Shown: positions 37,963 to 48,112 of the stretch, piece after piece
Position numbering within the stretch: position 1 is the first letter of the stretch
Layout of the letters: each line of letters begins with the position of its first letter
NCBI GenBank assembly: GCA_028714455.1
Contig: JAQTMG010000001.1
Location: forward strand, 64,568 to 128,567
Direction: 5' to 3'
Source of the DNA: Patescibacteria group bacterium
GTDB taxonomy: Bacteria; Patescibacteriota; Patescibacteriia; CAIXNZ01
Length of the DNA: 64,000 bases
Notes under the pieces: model-generated
Seen by the model: only the letters and a program-made list of their open reading frames with translations
What the model was told of the DNA's origin: nothing
Databases searched by the model: none
Position numbers and translations under genes: made by a program

Positions 37963-39114
37963 ATGAAAAAGAAACTAAGAATCGGTTTTTTTACCGACAC
38001 TTATAAACCCCAGGTCAATGGGGTTGTTTCTTCTATTGATAATTTCCGGAAGGAGCTTGAAGGGCAGGGTCACGAGGTTATTGTTTTTTGCCCCAGAGTT
38101 AAGGGCGAAAAAGACACGACCGAGGTGAAGCGCTTCCCTTCTTTTAAATTTATTTTTCAGCCTGAATACAGAGTCTCTCTGCCAGTGACCATGGATCTAG
38201 AAAAGACAATCGGCCAAGAACTGGATATTATTCATGCCCACACGCCTTTCGGCCTTGGCCTCTTGGGTTATTATTACGCCGTTAAAAAACACAAACCCTT
38301 TATTTATACTTTTCATACTCTATATCCGGAATACGTAAAAACCTATTTTTTAAAAGGCAGAGTGGTAACGCCCAAGATGGTGGAAAAGCTTTCTTCATTT
38401 TTTTCCAATCACTGTGATTTAACTCTGGCGCCCTCAAGCAAGATAAAAAAGTTGCTTCTTTCATACGGTGTGATAAAGCCGGTAGCGATTTTACCAACAG
38501 GCGTAGCCATAGACGAATTTGAAGAGCCTGACGGGCTAAAAGAATTTAGCGGTAAATATAATTTAGGCAAAGATGAGAAGATATTGGTTTATGTCGGAAG
38601 ATTAGGCAAGGAAAAAAATATAGAATTTTTGATAAGAACTGCGGCAGAACTGAAAAAGAAAATAAATAACGTCAAGCTGCTTTTAGTGGGTGACGGGCCG
38701 GGGAAAGAATCTCTGAAAAACTTGGTAAAAAAATTAGGGCTCGGCAACACGGTTATTTTCACCGGCTATCTACCCAGAGCTGAAGTAAATAAGGCTTATC
38801 ACGCCAGCGATATTTTTGTTTTTGCTTCTCAAACGGAAACGCAGGGCATGGTTTTGTTGGAAGCCGCCGCCTGCGGCTTGCCCATAGTCGCTGTTAAGGA
38901 TTTGGCGTTTGGTGAAGTTTTAAAAAATGGCGTAAATGGTTTTGCCTGCGAAAAAAATTCAGCTGTTTTTGCCGGCAAAATACTTTTGTTGTTAAAAAAT
39001 AAAAAACTTTACCGCGCGATGTCCGTCAGCGCTCTAAAAAGGGCCAGGCTCTTGAGCAGTAAAAATCAGACAAAAAGACTCTTGCGCTTATATAAAAGCA
39101 CATCTGAAAAATAA
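37963..39114 (+). CDS. GT4 glycosyltransferase (diacylglycerol glucosyltransferase-like)
   Basis: FTDTYKPQVNGVV.S, IHAHTPF, VGRLGKEKN, FASQTETQGMVLLEA. Confidence 0.92.
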   Translation: MKKKLRIGFFTDTYKPQVNGVVSSIDNFRKELEGQGHEVIVFCPRVKGEKDTTEVKRFPSFKFIFQPEYRVSLPVTMDLEKTIGQELDIIHAHTPFGLGLLGYYYAVKKHKPFIYTFHTLYPEYVKTYFLKGRVVTPKMVEKLSSFFSNHCDLTLAPSSKIKKLLLSYGVIKPVAILPTGVAIDEFEEPDGLKEFSGKYNLGKDEKILVYVGRLGKEKNIEFLIRTAAELKKKINNVKLLLVGDGPGKESLKNLVKKLGLGNTVIFTGYLPRAEVNKAYHASDIFVFASQTETQGMVLLEAAACGLPIVAVKDLAFGEVLKNGVNGFACEKNSAVFAGKILLLLKNKKLYRAMSVSALKRARLLSSKNQTKRLLRLYKSTSEK

Positions 39115-39153
39115 AAACCCCCGTAGTGCGGGGGCTTTTTTATCTTTGGTAAA

Positions 39154-41724
39154 TTAAACGCCTGGCAATTTGAGATTCAGATCCACTTCAACCGACGAGG
39201 AATTATCAATATCGTCATAGGCAGTTACTTTTAATTTGTGGTAGCCGTTGGGTAAGCCGCTGATGTTGGTGGTCAGACTAAATGGTGAGCTGGTGGTCGT
39301 GCCCAAAGAGTTTCCATCCAGTTCATAAGTCACCCGACTGATGCCGCGTGGAGCGCTGGCATTTACGGTAAATGTAACTGGGTTTGATTCAATGGCCTGG
39401 CCGTTTTGCGGGCTAATCAGAGTGAGAGTCGGGAAGTTGGCCGGCACATGCAGATCGTCATTTTCAGTCGGTGGATTTTGGAAAACAAATTGAACGCCGC
39501 TTTCTTTGGCCTGGTTTTCATACCACTGTTTGACGCCGTCTTCCCATGGTTGGAACATCGGATCAGAGGCGGGGTTGGCGGGCGGCGGCCCAGTCGGGTT
39601 ATCCTTGTCAATATAATATAAAATATCGTGAGCGACTGTAAATTTCTTTTTTTCTATAAACGAAGCGGGCGTGTATTGTGTCGCTAATTTACCCGAGGCG
39701 CGGTCAATATTTACTTCAACCTCGCTGGGCAGTTGGCCTCGCAAAATCGGCGGTAGATTGGGATCAAGCGGATCCGGCACTTTAAAATATTCAACCGGCG
39801 AATCCTTTAAGATGCTGGCCATGTACTCGTGCCAAATCGGCGCGGCCACCACCACACCATCAGCACCAGCCGTCATGTTCTTGCCATCACTGTTGCCCAC
39901 CCAGACGCCAGTCACGTAAGAAGGGGTGTAGCCGATGGCCCAGGCGTCTTTGTTATCGTTGGTGGTGCCCGTTTTAGCACAAATCGGCCGATCTCCCATG
40001 GTTAGCGGCGAATTAGCGCCGAAGATAAAGGAGCGAGCGCCGTTATCTGAAAGTATGCTGTTAACTTGACGAACCGTATTTTCAGACAACACCTTGTGCG
40101 CTTTGGGTTGAAATTCTTGTAGCACCTTGCCGGATTTATCTTCAACTTTTAAGACAGCGGCCAGCTCGGCTCTGTCACCGTCGCGAGCAAAGGCGGTAAA
40201 AGCGCCGACGTGATCAATCAGCTTGACCTCGCAACCGCCCAAAACCAGGGAGAGGCCGCACTGACTTTTATCCGTAATGGTGCTGTAACCCATATTTTCC
40301 ATCTGGGTTTTGACATTTTCATAACCGGCCAGGTAAAGAGTTTTTACGGCTGGAATATTGAGCGAGCCGGCCAGGGCTTTACGCATAGTAATCGGCCCAT
40401 ACTCTTTTTTCGTATAATTTCTCGGGGCGTATACTTGAGGCGTGGTAGCAAAAATTGTGTAGGTATCATAAAGCACGGTCTCGGTGGTAAAACCTTTTTC
40501 AAAAGCGGTAGCGTAGACTATCGGTTTGATTGAGGAGCCGGGCTGGCGTGGCCAGGTCGTAACGTTAACTTGGCCGTCAATAGCATCATCATTAAAATTC
40601 TGGGAGCCGACCATGGCCAGAATCTCGCCCGTCTTGGCGTCAACCGAGAGCAGGGCGGCATTGGCGGCTTTGTATTTTAGATTTGTCTCATTGGCGTCAT
40701 GAACGGCTTTTTCAGCCAGCCTCTGCTTATCCAGATCTAAAGTGGTGATTACCTTGAGACCGCCCTCTTGTAACATTTGGTCGCCAAATTGTTCAGACAA
40801 AAGTCCCTGCACATAAAAAACAAAATGAGGCGCTAAAATTCCGCCGGCATTTTCGCCGATAAAAGTAATTTTTTCTTGCTTGGCTTTTTCAGCCTCATCC
40901 TTTTTGATATAGCCATTTTGCACCATTGCGTCTAAAACTCTTTTTTGTCTGGCAAATAATTCATCGGTGTGCGTGCCGTAAGGCGAGAGTCGTGTCGGTG
41001 CCTGGGGCAACGCGGCCAATAAAGCGGCTTCGGCCAGGTCTAAATCCTTGGCGCGCTTGCCAAAATAATAATTGGCAGCCGCTTCAATGCCGAAATTTAC
41101 AGAGCCGTAAGAAATTTGGTTAAAATATAATTTAAGGATTTGGTCCTTGGTAAATGTTTTTTCTATCTCATAAGATAAGATAAGCTCCTTGATTTTTCTG
41201 GGAATGGTTTTTTCGCTGGATAGGATGACCGTTTTAACTAGCTGCTGCGTGATTGTCGAGCCGCCCTGCGCTCTGCTGCCGGAGAGAATATCGGCGATGA
41301 CTGAACGGATAATACTGGTTATCTTAAAGCCTTTGTGTTTGTAAAAATCTTTATCTTCGATTGAAATAGTTGCCCACTTGGAGTAATCAGAGATCTGGTC
41401 AAGCTCAACCACCGTTCTTCTTTCGCCGCCATTCATCTCCCACAAAACCGTGTTGCCGGTGCGATCGTAAATTTTAGTTGATTCAGAGACTACCCGATTC
41501 ATCATGTCATTGGGGTTGGGCAGACCTCGCGAGTAGACGGCGATAACCCCGACAAACAAAATACCGCCGGCCAGCACCAAAATGACGCCCCAGACCGCGA
41601 GCTTGGCCAAAAGAGCTTTTGAGGAGAGACCTTTCAAGTCTAGATGCAGGCCCTTTGGGAATAATTTACGTTTTCTATATTTTTGCCAGCTCTTGGGTGA
41701 GCGGGCTAGTTGTGGAATGGGCAT
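39154..41724 (-). CDS. class A penicillin-binding protein (PBP1A family)
   Basis: Transglycosylase IEDKDFY.H, GGSTITQQLVK, RKIKE; transpeptidase SSIK, SLN, KTGT; C-terminal Ig-like domain. Confidence 0.96.
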   Translation of the reverse strand: MPIPQLARSPKSWQKYRKRKLFPKGLHLDLKGLSSKALLAKLAVWGVILVLAGGILFVGVIAVYSRGLPNPNDMMNRVVSESTKIYDRTGNTVLWEMNGGERRTVVELDQISDYSKWATISIEDKDFYKHKGFKITSIIRSVIADILSGSRAQGGSTITQQLVKTVILSSEKTIPRKIKELILSYEIEKTFTKDQILKLYFNQISYGSVNFGIEAAANYYFGKRAKDLDLAEAALLAALPQAPTRLSPYGTHTDELFARQKRVLDAMVQNGYIKKDEAEKAKQEKITFIGENAGGILAPHFVFYVQGLLSEQFGDQMLQEGGLKVITTLDLDKQRLAEKAVHDANETNLKYKAANAALLSVDAKTGEILAMVGSQNFNDDAIDGQVNVTTWPRQPGSSIKPIVYATAFEKGFTTETVLYDTYTIFATTPQVYAPRNYTKKEYGPITMRKALAGSLNIPAVKTLYLAGYENVKTQMENMGYSTITDKSQCGLSLVLGGCEVKLIDHVGAFTAFARDGDRAELAAVLKVEDKSGKVLQEFQPKAHKVLSENTVRQVNSILSDNGARSFIFGANSPLTMGDRPICAKTGTTNDNKDAWAIGYTPSYVTGVWVGNSDGKNMTAGADGVVVAAPIWHEYMASILKDSPVEYFKVPDPLDPNLPPILRGQLPSEVEVNIDRASGKLATQYTPASFIEKKKFTVAHDILYYIDKDNPTGPPPANPASDPMFQPWEDGVKQWYENQAKESGVQFVFQNPPTENDDLHVPANFPTLTLISPQNGQAIESNPVTFTVNASAPRGISRVTYELDGNSLGTTTSSPFSLTTNISGLPNGYHKLKVTAYDDIDNSSSVEVDLNLKLPGV

Positions 41725-41785
41725 TAGGTGAAGTTTTAAAATTTAACAGTATTATAGTATAATCCTCTTTTTTTATCAAGGCAAC

Positions 41786-42286
41786 CTAGCGAATTCGATC
41801 AAAGAATTTTTTTGAGTTTTGGCAGGTTAAAGCAATGGCCAGGGCATCGGCCGCATCATCTGGCTTGGGTATTTTGTTCAATTTAAGCAGCGCTTTGACC
41901 ATCTCTTGGACTTGTCTCTTATCGGCTTTGCCATAACCGCAGACCGCTTGCTTTACTTGTAAAGGAGTGAATTCATAAAGCGGCAGTTTATTTAATCTGG
42001 CCGTTAGTAAGATTACGCCGCGGGCCTGGCCGACTAAAAGAGCGGTTTTGACGTTTTTACAAAAAAATAATTGTTCCACGGCCATGCTACTCGGATGGTA
42101 TTTTTTTATCAAATCGTTTAGCGCATTAAAAATATATTCTAGGCGCAAGGAAAATTCCTGTTTGCTAGAAGTTGAGATAATGCCATAATCAAGAATTTTT
42201 GAATCACTCTCTTTAATAAAGGCATAACCCGTGGTGGCTAAACCAGGGTCGATGCCTAAAATTATGTTGTTTTGTTTGTTTTTCAT
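41786..42286 (-). CDS. ruvC: Holliday junction resolvase RuvC
   Basis: ILGIDPG, VEQLFF..N, QARGV, TPLQVK.AV.GYG.ADK.QV, PDDAADALA. Confidence 0.97.
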   Translation of the reverse strand: MKNKQNNIILGIDPGLATTGYAFIKESDSKILDYGIISTSSKQEFSLRLEYIFNALNDLIKKYHPSSMAVEQLFFCKNVKTALLVGQARGVILLTARLNKLPLYEFTPLQVKQAVCGYGKADKRQVQEMVKALLKLNKIPKPDDAADALAIALTCQNSKKFFDRIR

Positions 42287-42368
42287 TCTTTCTTAATGAT
42301 AGCAAGAATTCCGCTTGAAATACAAAAACGGTTGAGCGGGAGAAGGTTTGGAAGAGAATAAAAAAACA

Positions 42369-42475
42369 GCGAAAACGGTTTTATTTTTATGTAGAGACAC
42401 GGCGCGCCATGTCTCTACAATGTCGTTGTAGAGACGCATTGCTATGTGTCTCTATGTTTTTTAAGCCGTTTTCGC
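42369..42475. repeat. tandem GTAG-type REP pair inside an outer inverted repeat
   Basis: GTAGAGACA...TGTCTCTAC (42391-42418) and GTAGAGACG...TGTCTCTAT (42428-42455), enclosed by GCGAAAACGGTT/AGCCGTTTTCGC. Confidence 0.7.
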
Positions 42476-42546
42476 CCAAACTTGGAGGAAAAAATATGAT
42501 CATGCTAATAAAATTTAAAACCGCCGGCGATGCCAGCGGTTTTTTC

Positions 42547-43275
42547 TTATTTAAGGTTGGAGTAATAATTATCAACATCTTCCATTTCATCCAGCGCTTC
42601 GAAAAGGGCTTCATTCTTTTTTGTTTTTTCTTCATCTAACGAAATCCACTCTTTGGGTACATATTCTATTTCTGCGTAGTCGGCTGAAAAGCCCAGGCCC
42701 TCAATTCCTTTACTGACTTTCTGCAGATCTTCCATTTTAGTATAGACAACAAGAGAATCTTCTTCCTTGGCCATTTCCTGGGCGCCCAGGTCTATTAATT
42801 GAAGTTCAAGTTCATCAAGATTTTTGTCGACAATTTTTTCATTGGCTATCCTGATCACACCCTTGAGCTCGAATTGCCAGGCCACGGCATTTTTTCCCGC
42901 GAGTTGGCCGCCGTGGGCATTTAAAACGTGCTTAATATCAGAAGCGGTCCTATTTTTATTATCGCTTAAGCACTTAATGATTATGGCTGTGCCGCCTGGG
43001 CCAAAGCCCTCATAAATTAATTCCTCAATTTCCGCGCCTTCTTTAATTTCGCCGGTGCCTCGTTTAACCGCTCGTTCTATATTTTCCTTGGGCATATTGG
43101 CGGCTCGCGCCCTGTCAATGGCCAGGCGCAAAGTGAAGTTGCTGTCTGGATTGCCGCCCTTTTCTCGCGCGGCCACGGTTATGGCTCGGCCGAGTTTTGT
43201 AAACACATTTGCTCTTTTTGAATCGGTTACGGCTTTTTGTCTTTTGGTTGTCGCCCATTTGGAGTGCCCGCTCAT
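42547..43275 (-). CDS. yebC: YebC/PmpR family protein
   Basis: MSGHSKWATTKRQK, NMPKENIERA, YEGFGPGG, SDNKNRT, DVDNYYSN. Confidence 0.96.
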   Translation of the reverse strand: MSGHSKWATTKRQKAVTDSKRANVFTKLGRAITVAAREKGGNPDSNFTLRLAIDRARAANMPKENIERAVKRGTGEIKEGAEIEELIYEGFGPGGTAIIIKCLSDNKNRTASDIKHVLNAHGGQLAGKNAVAWQFELKGVIRIANEKIVDKNLDELELQLIDLGAQEMAKEEDSLVVYTKMEDLQKVSKGIEGLGFSADYAEIEYVPKEWISLDEEKTKKNEALFEALDEMEDVDNYYSNLK

Positions 43276-43500
43276 ATTTTTTGGTTAATAATGTTATTAA
43301 GATTTTATCAATTTTTGAAAAAAAATCAAGGTATCCACATGTTTGGATTTTTTTACTTGCCATTATTATATAGAGTGCTATACTTTAATTAAGTTTTTGG
43401 TCTTTCATCTAAATTACCTAATCTCTCCCAATTAATATATGCCCTGCTTTGTTTATTTTGCCACCATGCTTAGCAAAATGACCGCGCAGGGTTTTTTAAT

Positions 43501-44121
43501 ATGTTGATTCCCATCGCGATATTATTTTTGGCTGTCATCTGCCTGGTTCTACTGGCTTTTTTGGGCTATTACATTATTTCTTTGTACGGACTGATTATTT
43601 TGCTTTTGGTGACCATAGCTTACGGGCTGCTTTCTTTGCTGGAGGGTTATAGAGTAATTATCTTGGGCCGAGCACCATTTATCAGAAGCAGCAAGAAGAT
43701 AATACGTCTGATTCTCCAGGGAGTAGACTTCAAAAAGGGCGCGACGGTTTGCGAGCTTGGTTGCGGTGACGGCCGATTTCTTAGAGAGCTGGCCAGAAAT
43801 CGTGACGTAAGCTGTTTCGGTTACGAATATTCGCTGCCGCCCTATCTGCTTGGCAGACTGTATAATTATTTTAGCAGAAAAAAGGTAAAGATATATTTTA
43901 AGGATTTTTTTAAGGCGGATCTCTCTGGCGTCGATTACATTTTTTGTTATTTAATGCCCAAAGAGATGATTGAGCTGGAGAAAAAAATACGGCGGGAATT
44001 GAAGCCGGGTAGTCTTATTATTTCTAACACCTTTATTTTTCGCGGCTGGCAACCCATTAAAGTAATCAAGGGTTCTTCGCCAGCCGCTTTGAACAGTAAT
44101 GTTTACATTTATCGAACCTAG
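43501..44121 (+). CDS. membrane-anchored class I SAM-dependent methyltransferase
   Basis: APFI.S, ELGCGDGR, GYE, DFFKADL, FCYL.P, ELKPG..IISN.F. Confidence 0.88.
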   Translation: MLIPIAILFLAVICLVLLAFLGYYIISLYGLIILLLVTIAYGLLSLLEGYRVIILGRAPFIRSSKKIIRLILQGVDFKKGATVCELGCGDGRFLRELARNRDVSCFGYEYSLPPYLLGRLYNYFSRKKVKIYFKDFFKADLSGVDYIFCYLMPKEMIELEKKIRRELKPGSLIISNTFIFRGWQPIKVIKGSSPAALNSNVYIYRT

Positions 44122-44163
44122 GCTAGAATTGCCTAAAAACAGAAAAAGTAATACAATTTAAGC

Positions 44164-45759
44164 ATGGTCATCAAAAAAATTATTCAAAAAACCAAGGAAC
44201 TGATTGAAAAAAATCAGTTTATTTTATATTTAGCGATTTTTGCCGCGGCTTTGTTTGTCGGCTTGTGGCTGCAGTCAAGCCCGACTTTTTTGGATCCCGA
44301 TTCTTTCTACCACTTAAAAATGGCCAAGTTAATAGCGGCTAATTTTGGTCCGATAATAAATTTTCCCTGGTTAAAATTTACGCTGCTGGCCAACGATTAT
44401 GTTGACCACCATTTTCTTTATCACGTGTTGGCGATACCCTTTATTAAAATATTGGGCGATTTGGCCGGTCTGAAATTTTATACCGTGATTTTATCTGCCG
44501 CGCTAGTCTTGTTGAGCTATTGGTTTTTTAAAAAATATAAAGTCGTTTACGCGGGAATTTTCGCTCTGGTTCTGCTTTTTTCGCCGGCCTTTTTATTTCG
44601 CGTCTCGCTGGTCAAGGGGAATTCATTTTCGTTAATCCTGCTTTTCCTGGGGATTTATTGCGTCTTTAAAAAAAGATATTGGCTTTTATTTTTGCTCTCT
44701 TTTATTTACGTTTGGTCATATGGAGGATTTTTATTAATTTTACTGATGTCGGGTGTCTACTCATTCTCGGTTGCTCTTTGGGCAACATTTAATGATAGTT
44801 ATTCGCAAAATTCCGTAAAATATTTTTTTAAAGTTTTATTTTCTCCGGAGAATCTAAAACCGATTATTTTTTCAGCGCTTGGCATTATTCTGGGAATTTG
44901 CGCAAATCCATATTTTCCCGGAAACATTAGTTTTTATTGGCAGCAGCTGGTGCAGATCGGTCTGATTAACTATCGGGGGGTAGTTAATGTAGGCGGCGAG
45001 TGGTATCCTTATCCGCCACTGCAGCTAATTGGCGATGCCGGCTTGGTTTTAATGTTTTTTTCGCTGGCCGTGATGTTATTTTTCGTCTTTATTAAGAAAC
45101 AAAAGCCCGAAACTATTTTTTTCTTTATCGCTTCACTGATTTTTTTGGCGTTAACGCTGAAATCAAAACGTTACGTTGAATATTTTATTCCATTTGTGGT
45201 ATATTTTTCGGCCCTGGCCACGACCTTGGCCTTGGGCGATATAAAAATCAAAGATTTAATTTCTAAAATAGAAAATATTGATAAGCGCCTCGGCAGATTG
45301 TTAATTCTAATATTCATTTATCTTTTGGTAATCATTCCTCTGGTGATGGTTAAAGACGCCTATATTACTTTTTCGAGCTTCAGAGGCGGCATTAGTTTCA
45401 CGCGTTTTAGCGGCGTCTCCGCTTATTTGGAGAAAAATACGAATCAGGGTGATGTGATCATGCACACCAGCTGGGATGATTTCCCCATGCTTTTTTATTA
45501 CAACTCCAAAGATTATTACATCGTCGGCTTGGATCCGACCTTCATGTACAATTACAGCCCATCATTGTACAATCTCTATGCCGATATTACCATGGCCAAG
45601 ATAAACACTAATTTATACCAACAGATTAAAGATAATTTTGGCGCTAAATATTTTGTCGTAAATAGCGGCCGAGACGCGCTGGAGAAGAATTTGCAAAATG
45701 ACGGCAATTTTACCAAGGTTTATGAAGACAGCGACGGCAAGATTTATAAATTGAAATAA
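44164..45759 (+). CDS. polytopic membrane protein, GT-C-like
   Basis: DPDSFYH in the first loop, many TMs, C-terminal soluble domain (WDDFP...GLDPTFM). Confidence 0.7.
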   Translation: MVIKKIIQKTKELIEKNQFILYLAIFAAALFVGLWLQSSPTFLDPDSFYHLKMAKLIAANFGPIINFPWLKFTLLANDYVDHHFLYHVLAIPFIKILGDLAGLKFYTVILSAALVLLSYWFFKKYKVVYAGIFALVLLFSPAFLFRVSLVKGNSFSLILLFLGIYCVFKKRYWLLFLLSFIYVWSYGGFLLILLMSGVYSFSVALWATFNDSYSQNSVKYFFKVLFSPENLKPIIFSALGIILGICANPYFPGNISFYWQQLVQIGLINYRGVVNVGGEWYPYPPLQLIGDAGLVLMFFSLAVMLFFVFIKKQKPETIFFFIASLIFLALTLKSKRYVEYFIPFVVYFSALATTLALGDIKIKDLISKIENIDKRLGRLLILIFIYLLVIIPLVMVKDAYITFSSFRGGISFTRFSGVSAYLEKNTNQGDVIMHTSWDDFPMLFYYNSKDYYIVGLDPTFMYNYSPSLYNLYADITMAKINTNLYQQIKDNFGAKYFVVNSGRDALEKNLQNDGNFTKVYEDSDGKIYKLK

Positions 45760-45760
45760 T

Positions 45761-48112
45761 ATGAAGCGTATTTTAATAGTAATTCCTGCCTACAATGAAG
45801 AAAAAATAATCGCTCAAAATCTCGAGCGTTTGGCTGATTTTTGCTCAAAAAATTTGATCGGAGATGAATTTAAAATTATTTTGGCTGATAATAATTCAAT
45901 TGATAAAACCTCCGAGATAGTCAAAAACTTGGCCGAAAAAGACAACATGATTATTTATCGTTACTATGATAAAAAGGGCAAGGGTCTGGCGGTTTTAAAC
46001 ACCTGGAGAAATGAAGCAAATAATTTTGATATTTTTGTCTTTATGGACGCTGACCTATCAACTGATTTATCAGCGTTGACTCCGCTCTTATTGGCTATTG
46101 TCCAGGGGAGCGATATAGCAGTTGGCTCACGCTATTTAAAAGATTCGGTTGTTAGGAGGCAATTTTCAAGAAGATTTTTTTCTCGCGGTTATAATACATT
46201 TTTTAGGTTCTTGCTTGGTGCTAAAATAAGTGATTATGCTTGCGGTTTTAAGGCGGTCAGCAAAAAAGTGGTGGCAGAGCTGGTTCCGAAAATAAAAAAC
46301 GATCAGTTCTTCTTTGATTCAGAGCTGCTTTTCCGAGCGGAAAAAGCACAATCTAAAATAAAAGAAATTCCAGTGAAATGGGCGGAGCCTCGCCAGAGTA
46401 ATGAAAGTAAAGTTAGCGTGTTAAAAGTTGCCTGGCGATATTTCAGAGAAATTTTGCGTCTGAAAAGAGAAAGCAACCCAAATAAATTAAGCCGCAATGA
46501 AATTAAATTTATCTGGTTAGTCGGTCTTATTTTGATTGCGGTTACGGCGCTGCCTTATCTGTATGGTTATCTTTCGAGAGGCGACCTTTATTACACGGGC
46601 GCTCATATATTTTCACCCGTAGATACACCAGTTTATTATTCTTATATTGAACAGGCAAAAGACGGACATTTTTTATTCGGCGATTTATTTTCCAATGAAC
46701 TTAACGAGCCGAGACTATTTAACCCGTTTTGGCTGTTAGTCGGGTTCGTGGCAAAAATTTTTAATCTGTCAGCTCCAATCGCGGTCCAAGTTTTTAGAAT
46801 AATTTTAATCCCCATATTTTTATTTGTTCTTTATAAATTTATTAGTTTTTTTATCGGCGAAAAGTATACCGTGACAAGAAAAAAAATGTGTTTTTTGTAT
46901 TCAATTTTTGCGACAGGTCTGGGCGGATTTTTTTATTACTGGCTGCACGCCGACATGAATAACGGCAACAGCTTTAATCTGGCCATGGATATGTGGGTAC
47001 CCGAAGCAAGTAATTTTTTAATAATATTTACATCGCCACATTTTATCGCTTCAATCACTTTAATAATCTCAATTTTCTATTTATTTTGGCTCTCGCTGGA
47101 CACTTTAAAATTTAGATATTCTATTGCCGCTGGTTTAGCCGCCCTTTTTTTGTTCGGTTTTCATCCATTTTTTATTCCCACAATTTATTTTATATCTTTT
47201 GTTTATTTAATTTTTCTTTTTTTAAAAAACAAAAAAATTGACCTTAAGCCAATTTTAAATTATTTTTTGCTGGTAATTATTTCGTTGCCGTCAGCACTTT
47301 ATTATTTGTATCTGCTCTTAACTGATTCAAGTCTAGGGGTTAAAGCAGCGCAGAATATTTGTCTGACGCCAGGAGGAATTAATTTTTTTATAAGCTATGG
47401 GCTTGGTTTATTTTTTGCGATTTTCGCCGTGGTGTACTTAGTTGAGAGCAAGCGAGCCAATAACAAATTATTCTTTCTTATTATTTGGTTTTGGTCGTCG
47501 ATTTTGCTGATTTACGGCCCTTTTAATTTTCAGCGACGCTTAACCGAAGGGTTTCAAGTTCCTTTAACTATTTTGGCTTTCATCGGTTTCGTAATAATTT
47601 GGGATTTATTGAAAACAAAATGGAAAATTTTTAGAGAAGCAAAACTTTGGCAAATACTCCCGTTTTTTATTTTTTTCTTTTGTTTCACCAATATCTTGGT
47701 TTATTACGGAGATTTTAGATTCCTCGCTTCCAAACCCGAGATTGTTTATATCGAGAAGGGAACAAAGACAGCCATGGATTGGTACAGAGTCAATTCTGGT
47801 TATGAAGACACGATTTTAGCTTCTCGAATCGATGGTAATTTAATTCCAGGCGTAATCGGCAGGAGAGTGTTCCTGGGCCATGATGTTGAAACGATAAATT
47901 ATAAACAGAAACTGGCCGAGATTATGAATTTTTTTGGCGGTAATAATGATGACCAGAAAAAGATAAATTTTTTGAAAGAAAACCGTATTGATTATTTATT
48001 TTACTCTGTTTCAGAAAAACGGCTCGGAAATTTTAACCCGTCAGTTAAGAATTATTTGGCTAAGATTTACGAAAAAAATGGCGTAGAGATTTTTAAAGTT
48101 ATTGGAGATTAA
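45761..48112 (+). CDS. GT2 polyprenyl-phosphate glycosyltransferase fused to a GT-C-like membrane domain
   Basis: VIPAYNEE, DNNS.D, GKG.AV, FMDADL, GSRY, DYACGFKA, FFDSELL, EIPV.W; then many TMs starting D.PVYYSYI.Q. Confidence 0.8.
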   Translation: MKRILIVIPAYNEEKIIAQNLERLADFCSKNLIGDEFKIILADNNSIDKTSEIVKNLAEKDNMIIYRYYDKKGKGLAVLNTWRNEANNFDIFVFMDADLSTDLSALTPLLLAIVQGSDIAVGSRYLKDSVVRRQFSRRFFSRGYNTFFRFLLGAKISDYACGFKAVSKKVVAELVPKIKNDQFFFDSELLFRAEKAQSKIKEIPVKWAEPRQSNESKVSVLKVAWRYFREILRLKRESNPNKLSRNEIKFIWLVGLILIAVTALPYLYGYLSRGDLYYTGAHIFSPVDTPVYYSYIEQAKDGHFLFGDLFSNELNEPRLFNPFWLLVGFVAKIFNLSAPIAVQVFRIILIPIFLFVLYKFISFFIGEKYTVTRKKMCFLYSIFATGLGGFFYYWLHADMNNGNSFNLAMDMWVPEASNFLIIFTSPHFIASITLIISIFYLFWLSLDTLKFRYSIAAGLAALFLFGFHPFFIPTIYFISFVYLIFLFLKNKKIDLKPILNYFLLVIISLPSALYYLYLLLTDSSLGVKAAQNICLTPGGINFFISYGLGLFFAIFAVVYLVESKRANNKLFFLIIWFWSSILLIYGPFNFQRRLTEGFQVPLTILAFIGFVIIWDLLKTKWKIFREAKLWQILPFFIFFFCFTNILVYYGDFRFLASKPEIVYIEKGTKTAMDWYRVNSGYEDTILASRIDGNLIPGVIGRRVFLGHDVETINYKQKLAEIMNFFGGNNDDQKKINFLKENRIDYLFYSVSEKRLGNFNPSVKNYLAKIYEKNGVEIFKVIGD

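Noticed and set aside
42387-42639. ORFs 42387-42635 and 42409-42639
   Set aside because: They overlap the REP doublet and the yebC 3' end, and show no protein-like features.
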